Origin: Heterodontus francisci
Lineage: Eukaryota
Length of the DNA stretch: 64,000 bases
Reading direction: 5' to 3'
Assembly: GCF_036365525.1 (NCBI RefSeq)
Contig: NC_090394.1
Span: 71,740,893 to 71,804,892, forward strand
Shown: piece after piece, positions 1-13,949 of the stretch
Layout: each line of letters starts with the position of its first letter
How positions within the stretch are numbered: position 1 is the first letter of the stretch
The notes under the pieces: model-generated
Told to the model about the DNA's origin: nothing
Database searches by the model: none
What the model saw: only the letters and a program-made list of their open reading frames with translations
Translations under genes and position numbers: made by a program

Positions 1-329
1 CCGGAAGTGGTCATTAAATGACATCAAGTTTTGATTTTCGATTGTAGGAAGAAGTGAATGTGAAACTACTTGCCCTATCATTTTCTTGAGGTCTCAGGAA
101 AAAATAAATTAGAGGAGTTAGCGTAAAGAGTTGGTTTCAATGGAGTGAGGATGCAGAACAGAGGAAGTGCATGTAGGATGATGATTTGAAGCATGGTTAG
201 AAAAGTGAGGAAAGTTCAGAAGATCAGTATCCATAGTAGTATTGATGAAATGAAGGGATAAGAAATGTGTATATTAAAGTGAGGTTGAAGGCTAGATGTG
301 AGGGGTGCTAATGCATTTTTAGTATCCTC

Positions 330-590
330 AGCCCCTCAGGAACCAATCCGTTTGCCTTTCCACTTCCTTAAGTATGAGCCATTGTCGACTTCTGACATTC
401 TCTGTTCTCTCGAAATGCTGAAGCCAAGTATATTTAGCAACTCTGTCATTTCATCTATCATAACAACTTCACCATGGTCATTTTGAGTGGTTCTACTCCC
501 TGTTTAATTCTCTCTTTCTATCTATTCATAAAAAAACTTTGCAATTTATTTAAATTGGTTGCGAGTTTTACTTCATATCCCTTACCTCCT
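330..590 (-). mobile_element. Highly decayed CR1 LINE ORF2 fragment
   Basis: Reverse-strand resemblance to the CR1 EN-RT linker seen in better copies in this window (gccaagtatatttagcaactctgtcatttc). Confidence 0.4.
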
Positions 591-2503
591 TACCTGTCTC
601 ACCAAGGGAAATAGAAATTACATATGGTGCGCATCTTCTACAAACTATCCTATAATTTTTATGTGCTTCCCTGTTTGAAGTGATATGTAGGATAGTTATT
701 CTTCTCCATGTATAAGCCACAAATATAAATTTAACCTTTCTGGTCAGATTACATTGAGGAATGCAATCTTAGAAGGAGGTGTTGCACAAAAGTTTTAGGA
801 AATGCTTACATGTAGAACCTTTGTGTTTCCCCTTGTAGTGGCCTTTCAAGTGTATTCATCATGATAATATTGCTTTTATAATGCTACTTTCAGGGCCAGT
901 TTCGAAGATTCAATTTGAAGAAGAGAATGTTGCTTTCCATAGTAACTGTTAATTCTTTTGAAGTAGGATTTTTCATTCTGTGAGGATCTGATCACTTTTC
1001 CTTCTTTTGTCCCTTGCTATACATTATTTTGGCTTTACATTTCTTAGAACAGTCAAAAGAATTTTGTGGGTTACTCGTCATATGAAGAGGCAACTTGTGA
1101 GCTGTGTGTACATTATTCAAGTTTCTGGTCAACTCCACAGGGCCAGTGTCTCACTGGAGAACTTTTTTGTATTTTTGGAACTGTAGGTACATTATTTTCT
1201 TATTGATATTAATTTAACTGTGGATTTCTGTGATTGCTCATAATTTCTAAGTACATTTCTGATCATGTTTTATTTAATTGATAATTTTATGTTTTATTTT
1301 AAGTAAATCAACCAGATTACAAGTCTTGTCTTTCCATGATGTACTATATATTCATCAAAAACCACCTAAAAGCCTATCATGCCCATTAGTTAATCTGTTC
1401 TTTTTAACCTTGTGGGCATTTGATGTTCACTGAGATTTGTGGTTTGGCACTAGGCAAAAGCAAATTTAAATGTATAAAGTGCACTATTTATTCTAGGAAT
1501 TTTTTTTATCTATGTGATTCAAGTTTTCTTTTTGTGGCTTCTTAAAAAAAAAATGTAACCTTCAATTATATGCTGGTTTTTATAAGCAGAAATAGAGATT
1601 TTTTCCTAAAACAGTCTTTTTTAACCATCTGTATTACTGTACCTTTAAAAAGAGTCTTACAAAGATGAGGTTTAGAAAAGGGTATGGTATCATTAAACAT
1701 TTACTTTAAATGCTAAGCACTTTGTAAAAGATGATATTTACTTTTCATGAAGGCCACTTTTAATTCCTATGAGCAAGAGCTGCATCCAAAGATTGGCTTG
1801 TTTTGAAAAGAACTCAGTTGCAATTAGAATACAAGCAGGAGAGTTCATGAGTGTTTGGCGTACGTTTTTTTTTTGGCAGCCTCAAATTCATTTAAGTTTA
1901 TAGTGGTGGGAAAGTGAAGTCATTGGTGCAGCTTCCCTAATGCAGGGGAGATTCATTTTTCCCTTACTTGGTTGATAGAGACAAATTACAGCAATGTCAT
2001 CCAGTTTTTAAAAAAAATCAGTTTTATACCTTATCTATGTTAAAATAGTTAATGTTAACAGTTCATATTTTCATATATTATCCTGTTTTGTGCGTGCAAA
2101 CACAGACAGCAGCAGATACTGTCAGTTGTTTCACAACTCAACTTCTTGAGTGGAACGAAAGCTAATTCAAAGGTGCTTAGAACTGTATCTGCATATGAAA
2201 CCAGTATATCAGCTCCATTTGTGTAGTTAAATAATCATGGTCAGCAAAAGAGGCAAGAGACCGTATCAAGCTAAAAGAAAAGGCTGATACAAATGCAAAG
2301 AAAAGTGGAAAGCCAGTGGACTGAATGAGCTATAAAAAGCCACAAAAGGATGCACAAGGCATGTAATGAGGAGAATAAAGGGAATATGAAAAAGTTGCAA
2401 TGGATATGCAACCAATGGTATGAGTTATTATAAATATATTGAGAGCAAGGTAAAGGGGAATGCGATCTAATTAAAAACAGATGAGGCTATAATTTTTTAT
2501 TAT

Positions 2504-3163
2504 AAAAGCAAAATACTGAAGATGCTGGAAATCTGAAATAAAAACAAGAAATGCTGGAACACGCAGCAGGTCTGGCAGCATCTGTGGAAAGAGCAGCAGA
2601 GTTAACGTTTCGGGTCAGTGACCCTTCTTCGAAACTAGCAAATATTAGAAATGTCAAAGGTTATAAGCAAGTGAGGCGGGAGTGGGGCAAGAGATAACAA
2701 AGGAGAAGGTGTAGATTGGACAAGGCCGTATAGCTGACCAAAAGGTCATGGAGCAAAGGCAAACAATGTTAATGGTGTGTTGAAAGACAAAGCATTCATA
2801 CAGATAGGGTGTTAACGGACTGAAGATTGAACAGCAGCAAGTACAAACATGAAAAAAAAACAGTGGGTAAGCAAACTGAACAAACTAAGATGAAATGAAA
2901 TAAACAAACAAAAAAAAAATTGTAAAAAATGTAAAAAAGAAAAAATAACTAAAAATGAAAGTTAAATGGGGGGCCTGACATGCTCTGAAATTATTGAACT
3001 CAATGTTCAGTCCGGCAGGCTGTAGTGTGCCTAATCGGTAAATGAGATGCTGTTCCTCGAGCTTGCGTTGATGTTCACTGGAACACTGCAGCAAGCCCAG
3101 GATAGAGATGTGAGCATGAGAGCAGGGGGGAGTGTTGAAATGGCAAGCAACCGGAAGCTCATA
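2504..3163 (-). mobile_element. 5'-truncated Penelope-like element (end of GIY-YIG ORF plus 3' terminal repeat)
   Basis: ORF 2885-3094 EEQHLIYRLGTLQPAGLNIEFNNFRA closely matches 35070-35187; exact 15-bp TSD ATAATTTTTTATTAT at 2489-2503 and 3164-3178. Confidence 0.93.
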
Positions 3164-4080
3164 ATAATTTTTTATTATTCGTTTTCATGAGATGTGGGCA
3201 TCACTGGCAAGGCCAACATTTATTGCCCATCCTTAATTGCCCCAAGAAGGTGGTGGTGAGCTGCCTCCTTGAACCTGTTGCAGTCCACCTGGGTACACCC
3301 CACAATGCTGTTGGGGAGGGAGTTCCAGGATTTTGATCCAGCGACAGTGAAGGAATGGCAATACATTTCCCACGCGCCTGCTGCCCTTGTCCTTCTAGGT
3401 GTAAGAGGTCGAGGGTTTGGAAGGTGCTGTCGAAGGAGGCATGTGAGTTGCTGCAGTGCATCTTGTGCGTGGTATACACTGCTGCCGTTGTGCAAATGTG
3501 GTGGAGGAAGTGAATTTTGAAGGTGGTGGATGGGGTGCCGATCAAGCGGGCTGCTTTATCCTGGATGGTGTCGAGCTTCTTGAGTGTTGGAGCTGCACTC
3601 ATCCAGGCAAGTGGAGAGCTTTCTATCATACTCCTGCCTTGTGTCTTGTAGATGGTGGACAGGCTTTGAGGAGTCAGGAGGTAGGTTACTCGCCACAGAA
3701 TTCCCTGACCTGCTTTTGTAGCCACAATATTTATGTGGCTGCTTCAGTTCAGTTTTTGGGCAATGGTAACCCCAGGATGTTGATAGTTGGGAGATTCAGC
3801 GATGGTAATCCCATTGAATGTCAAGGGGAGATGGTTAGATTCTCTCTTGTTGGAGATTGTCATTGCCTGGCTCATGTGTGGCGCGAATGTTACTTGCCAC
3901 TTATCAGTCAAGCCTGAATGTTGTCCAGGTCTTGCTGCACATGGGCACAGACTGCTTCGGTATCTGAGGAGTTGTGAATGGTACTGAACATCATAAAATC
4001 ATCAACAAACACCCCCACTTCTGATCTTAGGATGGAGCGAAGGTCATTGCTGAAGCAGCTGAAGATGGTTGGGCCTAGGA
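3164..4080 (-). mobile_element. 3' part of a CR1/L2-group LINE (family B)
   Basis: ORF 3201-3725 LLTPQSLSTIYKTQGRSMIESSPLAWMSAAPTLKKLDTIQDKAARLI (LINE RT C-terminus); 3' tail shared with 23870-23958, 58015-58210 and 63840-63943. Confidence 0.85.
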
Positions 4081-4440
4081 CAATAAGGACTTGTTAACTT
4101 AATGAATTATATTCATCTTCATGGTAGGGAAGATGACTAAATATCAGTGGTATAAGGGAATGTAAAATTAAGTCAGAGAAACTTACTGGATTTAATATAA
4201 ATAAGGGCGTTGTATTGAGAAAATAATAGGAATTAAGATAGGCAAATCTCCAAGACATGATGGTTTCCACCCCAGGGTAATAAAAGAAATAGATGAGGAA
4301 GTTGCAGGTGTGCCAGTCATACTTTTTCAAAACTTCCTAGATATGGGAATTATGATTTTGGATTGGAAAATTATGCATGCTAGTCCATTGTTTTCAAAAA
4401 GGGAGGAGGGGAGAAACCAGGAATCTACAGATGCATCAGT

Positions 4441-4570
4441 TCAACAACATAGGAAATTGGAACAGGAGCAGGCCATTCGGCCCCCTTGAGCTTGCTCTGC
4501 TATTCAACTAGATCATGGCTGCACTTCTACCTCAATGCCATTTTCCCACACTATCCCCATATCCCTTGAT
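4441..4570 (-). mobile_element. CR1 3' tail fragment inserted antisense into a CR1
   Basis: Reverse complement ends ggccgaatggcctgctcctgttccaatttcctatg, the CR1 terminus also at 7045-7085 and 39617-39650. Confidence 0.8.
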
Positions 4571-5759
4571 AGTTGTAGGGAAGTTGCTAGAATCCATTAT
4601 CCTGGACAAAGTGACTAAGCATTTGGTTAAGTATAAGCTGATCAAAAAGAGTCAGCATGGATTTGTGAAGGGTGGGTCATGTCTGACTCATCCTGTTGAA
4701 TTTTTTGAGGTTACTAACATGGTGTCTGAGGGAGTGTCTATGGCTATTCTCTATATGGTCTGCAAAAGACATTTGATAAGATTATTAGCAAAAGTTAAAA
4801 TGCATGGAATTGGCAGTAATCTTATGACTTGAGTTGGTAATTAGTGGAAAGATAGACAAAATAGATGTATAGGGAACTTTTGAAGTAATATTTTTCCTAT
4901 GCATAGTCAGTGTAATTGTGCACCTTTTTTGGCTTTGTGCTTTATTCTCAAACATTTGATAAATAACTAAATGAGTGCATTGCAGAACAATACTTCCATC
5001 ATTATTAATCTATTTTCTTCAGTAAAAGTATCCATATGAATTCTTTCCATCATATTACGTCATTAATAAAGCCTCCTAGCGTTTGAGTATTTTCAGATCC
5101 TTAAGCCTGTGAAGAATCCCACAAAGCCAAAGGGGAGTTTCTTTCTGCCTCAACAACTATATTCCATGTTTGTTTCTTCTGAGATTTTTTTTTAAACTGA
5201 AGCTTTCATATGTCTGCCATGCTAACAGCTGGGTCCATCACTGGCCTTGAAAAATAGATGCAACAGTTGCTACGTTTTCAAATAACAAAGATGATCTTTG
5301 AGGAAAGGAGAACAGCTGCAAGATTTGACGCATCATGCACTGTCAGCTGCAGGATCCAAAAACTTAGACTCAGTTGTGCAGCATGAATTCAAGTGGAAAT
5401 AATGGGAACAAGTCTATACAGTAAATAAATATTGGTTGGCCATGCTAGTATATTGTTTTTACGTATACATTGCGTATACAACATATGCCTGATTTACTCT
5501 GTTCTACATCAAAAGAATTTTGTGCTTTAGTTACTGTATGCTCAGTCACCATATCAAATATGATTTGTTCTAAGATACATTAAAGTGTGCACATAGTTAT
5601 ACAGGCAAAGTGACTGTTGTAGACAGCAATTGCCAATAAACAGATGTAGTGATTTGTTCTGGTATGCAGTTCATTATTGCTCAGAAACCAGTATTTTCAT
5701 TGCTTCTGGAATTTTTAATGCGCATTAAGGTATTCAGGCAACAAACTGCAACAAATGTG

Positions 5760-7085
5760 AGAACAGGATGAGAGGGTTGTCCTATGATGAGAGGCTGAGT
5801 AAATTGGGCCACTGCTCTGGAGTTTAAAAGAATGAGAGGTGATCTCATTGAAACATACAAGATTCTGAAGGAGCTTGACCGTATCATTCTAGGCCCCCAC
5901 CTGCCAAGAATGAGGCACATTAATTTTGTCATGAACATTCATTTTAAGTTGTTGCTGGAGCGAGGAAATGACTTGTTAAACAGATCAGCTGTGGCTGGAA
6001 AAGACATTTATTTGCATGTTAACAGTCAGTACTTGGAAGGACAAAGGACCATTCCTAACACATTCAACCTACAATGGATCTTGATCACCAGGTATTGTGT
6101 GTAAGAGGAGCATTCCAGAGACTGCTAAGGTGATACAATCCACGACTAGTTAGACCAGCTGGTCACATGACTAACTGGCTGTTCCAGGATCCTTTGAACT
6201 AGCCACAGAGAGTTTGAACTCAAAGATTGTTTGCTCCTGGACTGAGAAGATTTCTTCTGTCTGCTCCCCTCTCTTTCTCTCAAGCCTCTGAATCCACTGA
6301 AGACTCCTACAGAAAACGAGGTTTAAGAAGAATACTGGGCCCCAATGAAAAGCAAGATCTACCTACAATCAAGGACTCTACAGTGAGCTCGAAGAACTGT
6401 AACAAAACCTCTTCAGATATTGCCTCAAACTTATACACTTTATTTTTCTTTTTTTTATTTGCATGTGTGTATCACGTATGCATGCTAGCGTGGGCGCGTT
6501 GTGTATCCATAGGCGTCAACCGAATTAGAGTTTAAGTTTCGTAAATTTCAACCTTTCTTCTTTAAACCTAAGAAAACCTGTTTGTGCTGGTTTCTTTGCC
6601 TTATAATTGGAAAACGGTGAACGAGGTTACACCAAGGGGGAGCTAAAAACATGGTGTGTTTAAAATTAAACCCTGTTGCATAAGACCAGGTGAAGGCTGA
6701 AAGGGACCCCTAGACCCCTTTCTCACCTGGTCATAACAACAGGATAGACACTAATGTTGTTTCCCTTGGCTGGGGAATCGAGAACACAGAGGCACAATCT
6801 CAGTATAAGGGGCCGATCATTTAGGACTGAGGCAAAGAGAAATTTCTTCATTCAGAGGGTTGAGAATCATTATAATTGTCTACCCCAGAGGATTGTGGAT
6901 ACTCCATCGTTGAGTATATGCAAGACTGGGATGAATCGACTTTTGATTTCTCGGGGGTCAAGGGATGTGGGGAGTGGGCAGGAAAGTGGACTTGAGTTAG
7001 AAGATCAGCCATGTATGTATTGAATGGCGGAACAGGCTTGAGGGGCCAAATGGTCTACTCCTGCTCCTATTCCTTATGTTCTTAA
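5760..7085 (+). mobile_element. CR1 3' end interrupted by a solo LTR
   Basis: MRGDLIETYKILKELD at 5832; continues after 6738 as LFPLAGESRT..HNL.IRGR.FRTE.KRNFF.QRV; ends ctcctgctcctattccttatgttctta. Confidence 0.9.
5882..6738 (+). mobile_element. Gypsy-type solo LTR
   Basis: Splits a CR1 reading frame; ends ...ggtcataaca; 4-bp flanks ACCG (5878-5881) and ACAG (6739-6742); 5' TG appears mutated to TA. Confidence 0.8.
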
Positions 7086-8254
7086 GGAAGTAAAGAAATT
7101 TGCATAATTTATCACAGGATGTTATACTGTGTCAAATCCCTTGCCCTATCTACAGTTTAAAGCATTAGGAACATCCTGAAGTTGTAATAATGCACGATAA
7201 CAATGTTCTTTCCTTTTATTTCCTTTCTTAGATAAAAAGGCTTCAATTGCTGTTAATAAGTGCAGTTGAACATACATTCAAATGAATTTCCAGTCAAACA
7301 TGCAGCCAAAGTACTAAATGTTCTTAACAGTATTACCCATTGCAGATTTAAGTCTGATGGCAACACTATATTGACATAAAATGTCCATGTAATGCATTTG
7401 TGATAATTTTGAAATTTCTTCTTTGTTCTATACAATAGCAGTAAAACTTAATACCACAATATTGAGTCTACAATTTGAGGGCAGAATAATATATCAAATT
7501 TGTATGCTTTGCTATAAAGATCCTGGAAATTCATTGCAGTATTGAGACAAATTTCAATTTCATCTTGGTGACAGAGCACTATAAAAGTACTCTCAAAAAA
7601 TTATTTGGCTGCTGCAGTGGGAGCTGCACATGAAGAAGGTAGTGAATCAGAAAGAGGAGACATTACTCTGCAAATGGAATTTACAAAGCTTGTACAAATG
7701 ATCTGGCTCCAACTGAAAGGAAATATCTCCAGCAATTCAGCAAACAAACTGTGACTGATCTGTGTCTCGGTTTTTCAACAATAAGCTATTATCTCACACT
7801 TATTTGTATCTTATTGCCAAATATTGACTGCTAAGCAAAAACATGGTCCTTAAAAAGTATTCTGACTGCTTCCAGGTAACTGTTGCTGATCAAGTGAGCT
7901 TTAAAGTGTTAAACAGTTAACCCATATTGGCCTCCATCCAAACTTTAAATGGTCCAAACCATGCACCTTACATCTCAGTTGATCTCAGTGTACAGTGCAT
8001 ATTGGAGCACATCACTAAATGGTCCCAGAATGCACGTTATTTTAATTACTAAATTGATTTTGTTTCTTTGTGTGGAGATTAGTGGAAAGTGGAATACAGG
8101 AAGCACAAAATATGTAGTGTAAAATATAGGTAGAGTTATGTTTATATATATTTCTCAGCCAGAAGTCAAGTATTTAGCCTTCACTGCCATAATAACTTGA
8201 TGTAGTTTAGCAAAGATTGCTAAAGAAAACATTAACCTGCATAGGATTAACATC

Positions 8255-8525
8255 ATAGATGTGAGTTGTTTTTAAGATTCAACCTCAAGCTTTGGGTGTT
8301 GTAGGCAAGGCTGCCGTTTATTGCCTTCACAGATGTCCTTGAAATGGCGATAGTGGGACACCATCTTGGACTTCTGCAGTACATGTGGTGGAGGTGCACC
8401 TGTAATGCTGTTAGATAGGGAACTCCAGGATTTTGAGCCCAGTAACAATTAAGTATCAGAGAGACTGTCAGATCTGTGTAACTTGGAGGTGATGGTGTCA
8501 TGCCCTTGGATTGCCCTTGCTTCAC
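8255..8525 (-). mobile_element. Decayed family B LINE 3' fragment
   Basis: gggaactccaggattttgagcccag resembles 3318-3345. Confidence 0.6.
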
Positions 8526-10639
8526 GGGTGCCCTCCACAGTTTCTGCTGCTGTTAACTTTGAATTTGTCCAACTCTAAAGGAAGAATTTTGCCTCTGGGA
8601 TCGGGAGCCCGATGTCTGAACCATTTCCCGGTCCCAAACCAGCGTGGGGGTGGGGGGGGAGGTGGGTGGGGGAGTAGTCACAGCCCACGATTTTCCCTGA
8701 TGTCAGTTGCTAATTGGAGGAAGGGTTGGGCGGCCAATTAGTGGCGGCAGGTGTGGGACAGAGTTGGGACATCTGAAGTTGTGACCTAATTTCAAGGCAT
8801 CATGGCTGCCGTTTTGAATCAGAATGCAAGCTCCAGTGCAACAGGAAGAGAGGCAGAGGCCTGGCACCTGGAGTAAGACTTCCCCACGCATCACGGATGT
8901 AGATCTTGAGGTGCTACTGGGAGTCACAAAGGAGGCTGCACTTTGACCAGCAGTGAGAGATGTGTACCCAGAGTTCCCTGAGGCAGTGCCAGGTCATGGG
9001 CTGAGAATGGAGGAGTCCATTCAGCTCAAGTGTGCCACCATGGTTCAGGGCTTTGAATTCATGAACTCCTTCATTGAGATAGTGGCCAACCTCATGGAGA
9101 GCCATGTGGCAGCACTCAGTGAACACAGGAGCAGCGCGCTGAATGCACAGAATATATGCAGTGCTCTGTGGCATTGACCAGAGAGTGGTGCTGATGGCGC
9201 AAAAATGTATGAAGTGGATGCCAGGTGGACCCCAGCTCTTGGTCCCCTCCAGCGATCTGGAGAACCATCCAAAGGCTGAAGCAGTCACCAACGAGGGTGA
9301 GGAAGCTTCTCCTCGTGCGGTGTCATAATCATCGATCTGAGGAACCATCTATGTCGCAGGGCCCTGTGACAGAGATAATGAGGGTGACCGCCACAGGCAT
9401 CTCAGCTGCAAGCAGACATGAGAGCAGGCTGCCTCCACCTACTTTGTATCTGTGTTTACTAGAGAACAAGAATCTGACAAAATATCGGTAAAGCGGTGAG
9501 AGTAGAGACAATGGATAGGGTAAAAATTGAGAGTGTGGAGGTACTGGAAAGGCCGGCTTTGCTTAGGGTAGGTAAGTCACATGGTCCAGATGGCTTGCAT
9601 CCCAGGTTGCTAAAGAAAGTGGGGATGGAGATAGCAGAAGGGCTTACCATAATCTTCCAATCTTCCCCAGATACCGGGGATGTGCCAGAAGATTGGAGCG
9701 TGGCAAATGTGACACCCTTATTCAAGAAAGGGTAGAAGGAGGCGAGACTGGATAGGCTGGGGTTGTTTTCCTTGGAGCAGAGAAGGCTGAGTTGGACCTG
9801 ATTGAGGTGTACAAAATTATGAGGGGCATTGATAGGATAGTTAGAAAGAAACGTTTTCCTTAGCGGAGGGGTCAATAACCAGGGGGCATAGATTTAAGGT
9901 AAGGAGCAGGAGTTTAGAGGGGAGTTGAGGAAAAAATTTTCACCCAGAGGGTGGTTGGAATCTGGATGGGTGCTTAATGGTCGGCGCAGACACGTTGGGC
10001 CGAAGGGCCTGTTTCTGAGCTGTACAACTCTATGACAGTCCTAGCAACTACAAGCCAGTTAGTTTATCAGTGGTGGGTAAGATTTTAGAAACAATAATCA
10101 GGCAAAAAAAATCAACAGGCACTTAGTCTGACTTAATTAAGGATAGCCAGCATGGATTTGTAAAAGGCAGATCATACTTGACTAACCTAACTGAATTTTT
10201 TGATGAAGTAACAGAGAAGGCTAAGTGTTGACTATATGGATTTTAAGAAAGTGTTTGATAAAGCAATACGTAAAAGGCTGGTTAACAAAATTGAGGCTCA
10301 TGGAATAGGAGGGTCAGTGTCCAATGGATAAGAAATTTGCTCAAGGACCAAAAACAGCAAGTCGTGGTAAATGGTTGTTTAGCAGACTGGAGGATGGTGG
10401 ACAGTGGTGTTCCCCAAGGTCAGCGCTAAGACCACTGCTTTTTTTGCTATATATAAATGACTTTAATCTTGAATACAGAATAGCATCTCGAAATTTGCCG
10501 ATGATATCAAACTTGGAGGTGTGGCAAACAGTGAGGCTGATATGAATGGCCTGCAACAGGACATAGGCTAGCAGAATGGGCAGACCAGTGGCAGATGGAA
10601 TTTAATACAGTCAAATGTGAGGTGCTGCATTTTATCAGA

Positions 10640-11682
10640 TGTTATGAGGATTTCCATTTTTTGTATTAAAACTTGGGATTCTATATTTTTTAAAAATGAA
10701 AAGGATTTCAGTGGACATTGAGACATCTGGAGATATCTGAACTTTATGGATGCTTTTGGAAGGAAGACAGGGTCAACAAGAGGTTCCTGGTTTTGACCAG
10801 TAAATAAATACTGGAAACCAGCAGGGGGTTTGACCTCAGTGTGACAGAGAATTTATGAATTGGCATGTAACTTGTTTCTGGAAGGTTTTGGTTTCATTTT
10901 TGAACTCTTAAAAAGCCAGTGGGTTTGGACTAAAGCAGGCAAATTGGAATTTGATTTTGACCTACCTGGAGATTGGAAGAAGAACCAGAAAAGTATTGCC
11001 TCTCTGTAAAGAAGCCTTGTTCTTGAAATGCAAAAGCTTGTATGAAGTGGTACTGATGCCTCCTGCATTTTTGAAGAAACCCTGAATTTGCAGAAATCTT
11101 TCATCTTTAAAAGGACTTTTGCATCTAATGTGAGAACTGACACCTGTTGCTACACCCCTGATGAAAGACCTGTGTGAAGCCTGCTGTAGTTGAGTGGTGT
11201 TGAACGTCTACCCAACACGCATTGTTCATCAACCTCGCCTGGAAAGACTTGGAGTGGCATCCAACTATTTGACTTAGGGACACCTCGCCAAACCCAAAGA
11301 ACTTCCTTCCAGATCATTACAGTCCAAGTTTTTAGTATTCCTGTCATTTCTTTGAAACAGCTGTAAACAAAAATCCTTTTTTTTCCCTGGTTAACAGGTT
11401 TTTGGATGTATGCGCGTGTGCAAGAGGACTGGGAAAAAAATAAGGAGCTTTAATATCTCAATTTGTATTTTGATTTACCTCATTATTGGTTAAGACTTGG
11501 TTTTATAGTAAATGGTTAATTTTGTTGTTGATTAAAGAAACCTGGTTGGTGTGCTTTATTCTGGGGACAAATGGAGTATCTAATTGGCTGTTTCGGTAAG
11601 TGGGAAGATTTATTGATATGCTGTGACCTATGGAAAAGTTGGACTGAATTAACAGTGCACTCCTCCCGCCTTGGTCGTAACA
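10640..11682 (+). mobile_element. Gypsy (Gmr1-like family) solo LTR
   Basis: TGTTATGA...GTCGTAACA termini; exact TSD CAGA (10636-10639, 11683-11686); 3' end homologous to the LTRs of the element at 40893-48016. Confidence 0.93.
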
Positions 11683-11760
11683 CAGAAGGGATAGGGTGAG
11701 GCAATATAGACTTAATGGTGCAGTTCTAAAGAGTGTGCAGGAACAGAGGGACCTGGGGGT

Positions 11761-12831
11761 AGTTAAGACCGAGGCGGGAGGAGTGCACTGTTTATTCTAG
11801 TTCCATTTCTCCACGGGTCACAACATATATTTACATTATTTTCCACTTACTGATATGGTCAATCATAGACTCTATTTTTATCCCAGTATAAAACACACCA
11901 AATAGGTTTCTTTAATAAACAACAAAATTGTCAGTTCATTATAAAACAAGTCTTAACCCACAATGAGGTAAAGCATAAACACACAGATTGAAATATTGAA
12001 GTTCCCTTTTTACCTTAGCCACTAACACCCACCCACACACACACACACACACATATACATCGATCAACTGGAAACATAAAGGTATTTTTGTTTTTAGAGC
12101 TCTATTACAGACACAAAAAACATTTGAGCTGAATACTTGCTCATTCTTGAAGAAACAGCAGATGAGATATCTTGTGTTCCAAAACTGGTATACAATCTAG
12201 CCTCCGAGTACACGTAGATGGATCACTGGGATCTTTTAGAACAGTTCTTTTCCGATGGCATTGAGAATTAATTCAGTAGACTTTTCTTCAAAGACAGGAG
12301 ACGAGATGAGTTGACACAGAGGACTTCTCAGGGTCTTTTAAAGAAGTGCTGGAAAGCTGAGCTGGGTTGTGGTCTTCTCTTCTTCCTTGGGAATTCTCTT
12401 CTCTCCTTGGAAGTTTTCTTCTTTCCTTGGAAGTTCTTTCCCCTTTTGTATAGTTCAACCCTAACTCAAAACAATTCAAAAGCGAAACCGGCAACAGGAG
12501 GTCAACCTTTTGACCTCCATCAATCCTGACTTGTCACTTCTTTGTAAACAATTTCTCCAGGTGTCCAAAGTTCTCGTTTATTGAGCTGGATGTCAGGTGG
12601 TTTCCCTGAAAAGGCTTGTTGCCAGAAGTCAGGTGGTTTTCCAGAAAGCCTTGTTTTCCTCACAAGATCTCTCCGTGCCCCTGTTAAAAATTATTTCCAA
12701 GGACTGTTTTTCAAAGTCAAGTGGCCTTTACGTGACCCTCTTGAACAACACTAAAGTTTTTAATATTTCATCAATCTTTCAAAAATGAATCCTCAAAAAA
12801 AATAACAAAGCACAAAGGCACTTTCGTAACA
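11761..12831 (-). mobile_element. Gypsy (Gmr1-like family) solo LTR
   Basis: Exact TSD GGGT (11757-11760, 12832-12835); begins with the reverse complement of the conserved cagtgcactcctcccgcctcggtc..aac LTR end. Confidence 0.92.
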
Positions 12832-13949
12832 GGGTTCATGTGCATTGATCTTTGAAGGTGACAGGACATATTGAGAGAGTGGTCAGCAAAGCTTATGGGA
12901 TCTTGGGCTTAATAAATAGAGGCATAAAGTACAAAATCATGGAAGTTATGCTGAATCGTTCGAGAGCTCTGGTTAGGCCGCTACTAGAGTACTGCGTCCA
13001 GTTCTGGTCACCACACTTTAGGAAAGGTATGAGGGTCCTTGAGAGGGTGCAGAGGAGATTTACAAGAATGGTTCCAAAGATTAGGGGGTTTAGTTACGAG
13101 GTTAGGTTGGAAAAATGGGTTGTTCTCCCTGGAGCTAAGGAGATTGAGGGGAGATTTGATGGATGTGTACAAGATTGACAGGCTTAGATAAGTTAGACAA
13201 GGAAAAACTGTTCCCATTAACTGATGGTACAAGGACTATGGGGCACCACTTGAAGGTTTTGGGCAAGAGATACAAGGGGAATGTGAGAGAGAACGTTTTT
13301 ATGCAGCGAGTGCTGATGATCTGGAACTCGCTGCCCACGAGGGTGGTTGAAGCGGAGACAATGATTTCAAAAGAAAATTGGATGGGCACTTGAAGGAAAT
13401 AAATTTGCAGGACTAAGTCATCGAGCGGGAGAGTAGGATTGACTGAATTGCTCCTTGGGGAGTCAGCATGGACTCGATGGGCTGAATGGCCTCCTATTCC
13501 ATAAATGTGTCTGACCTTATCCGTGCCATAAGGGGAGCACCCACGTACATATAAGTGGCCCAGAGTGGAGGCTACCGCATCGATCAAAACATTGAGTGGT
13601 TCACTGGGGTTTATTTCACTTGTTAATGTGCACTTTTTGAACTTTTTGCTAAATATTGACACCTGACTCCAGACATGTGAGTTTCCATTCTTTAATGGCC
13701 AAACTTGAAAAGAGGGATAAAGTGCTGAAGGGAAGCAATGGTATTTGAAGGGAGACAGTGAGACTGCTGGACAGATGAGCATCATTCAATGCTGGTAAGA
13801 GTGGATCTATTCAAGGTTGCATCTTTTATGGAAGTGTTCTCACAGGCAGCTCAAAGTGAGTTGCAGAGCATGTAGCCCTGCTGGGTTAGAAGTGCTCAGG
13901 TGAAACTTGCCTGCATCGGGTGTTCACTGGTGTTGACGCCATCCTGATG

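Larger units (their letters stand above)
2245..4870 (+). mobile_element. CR1 LINE ORF2 remnant split by three nested insertions (2504-3163, ~3164-4080, 4441-4570)
   Basis: IKLKEKA..NAKKSGKP at ~2257; resumes at ~4081; ORF 4515-4832 VVGKLLESII..KSQHGFVKGGSCLTH..EFFEVT is the CR1 RT region. Confidence 0.85.
9440..13505 (+). mobile_element. 5'-truncated CR1 LINE carrying a CR1 3' fragment (9738-10036) and two solo LTRs
   Basis: ORF 9496-9735 KSHGPDGLHPRLLK..PEDWSVANVTPLFKKG; ORF 12852-13178 LVRPLLEYCVQFWSPH..LERVQRRFTRM; 3' end gggctgaatggcctcc. Confidence 0.92.

Noticed and set aside
893-945. Exon-like stretch after tttcag (GPVSKIQFEEENVAF)
   Set aside because: No convincing donor site and no resemblance to PRKAR1 or any protein I recognise
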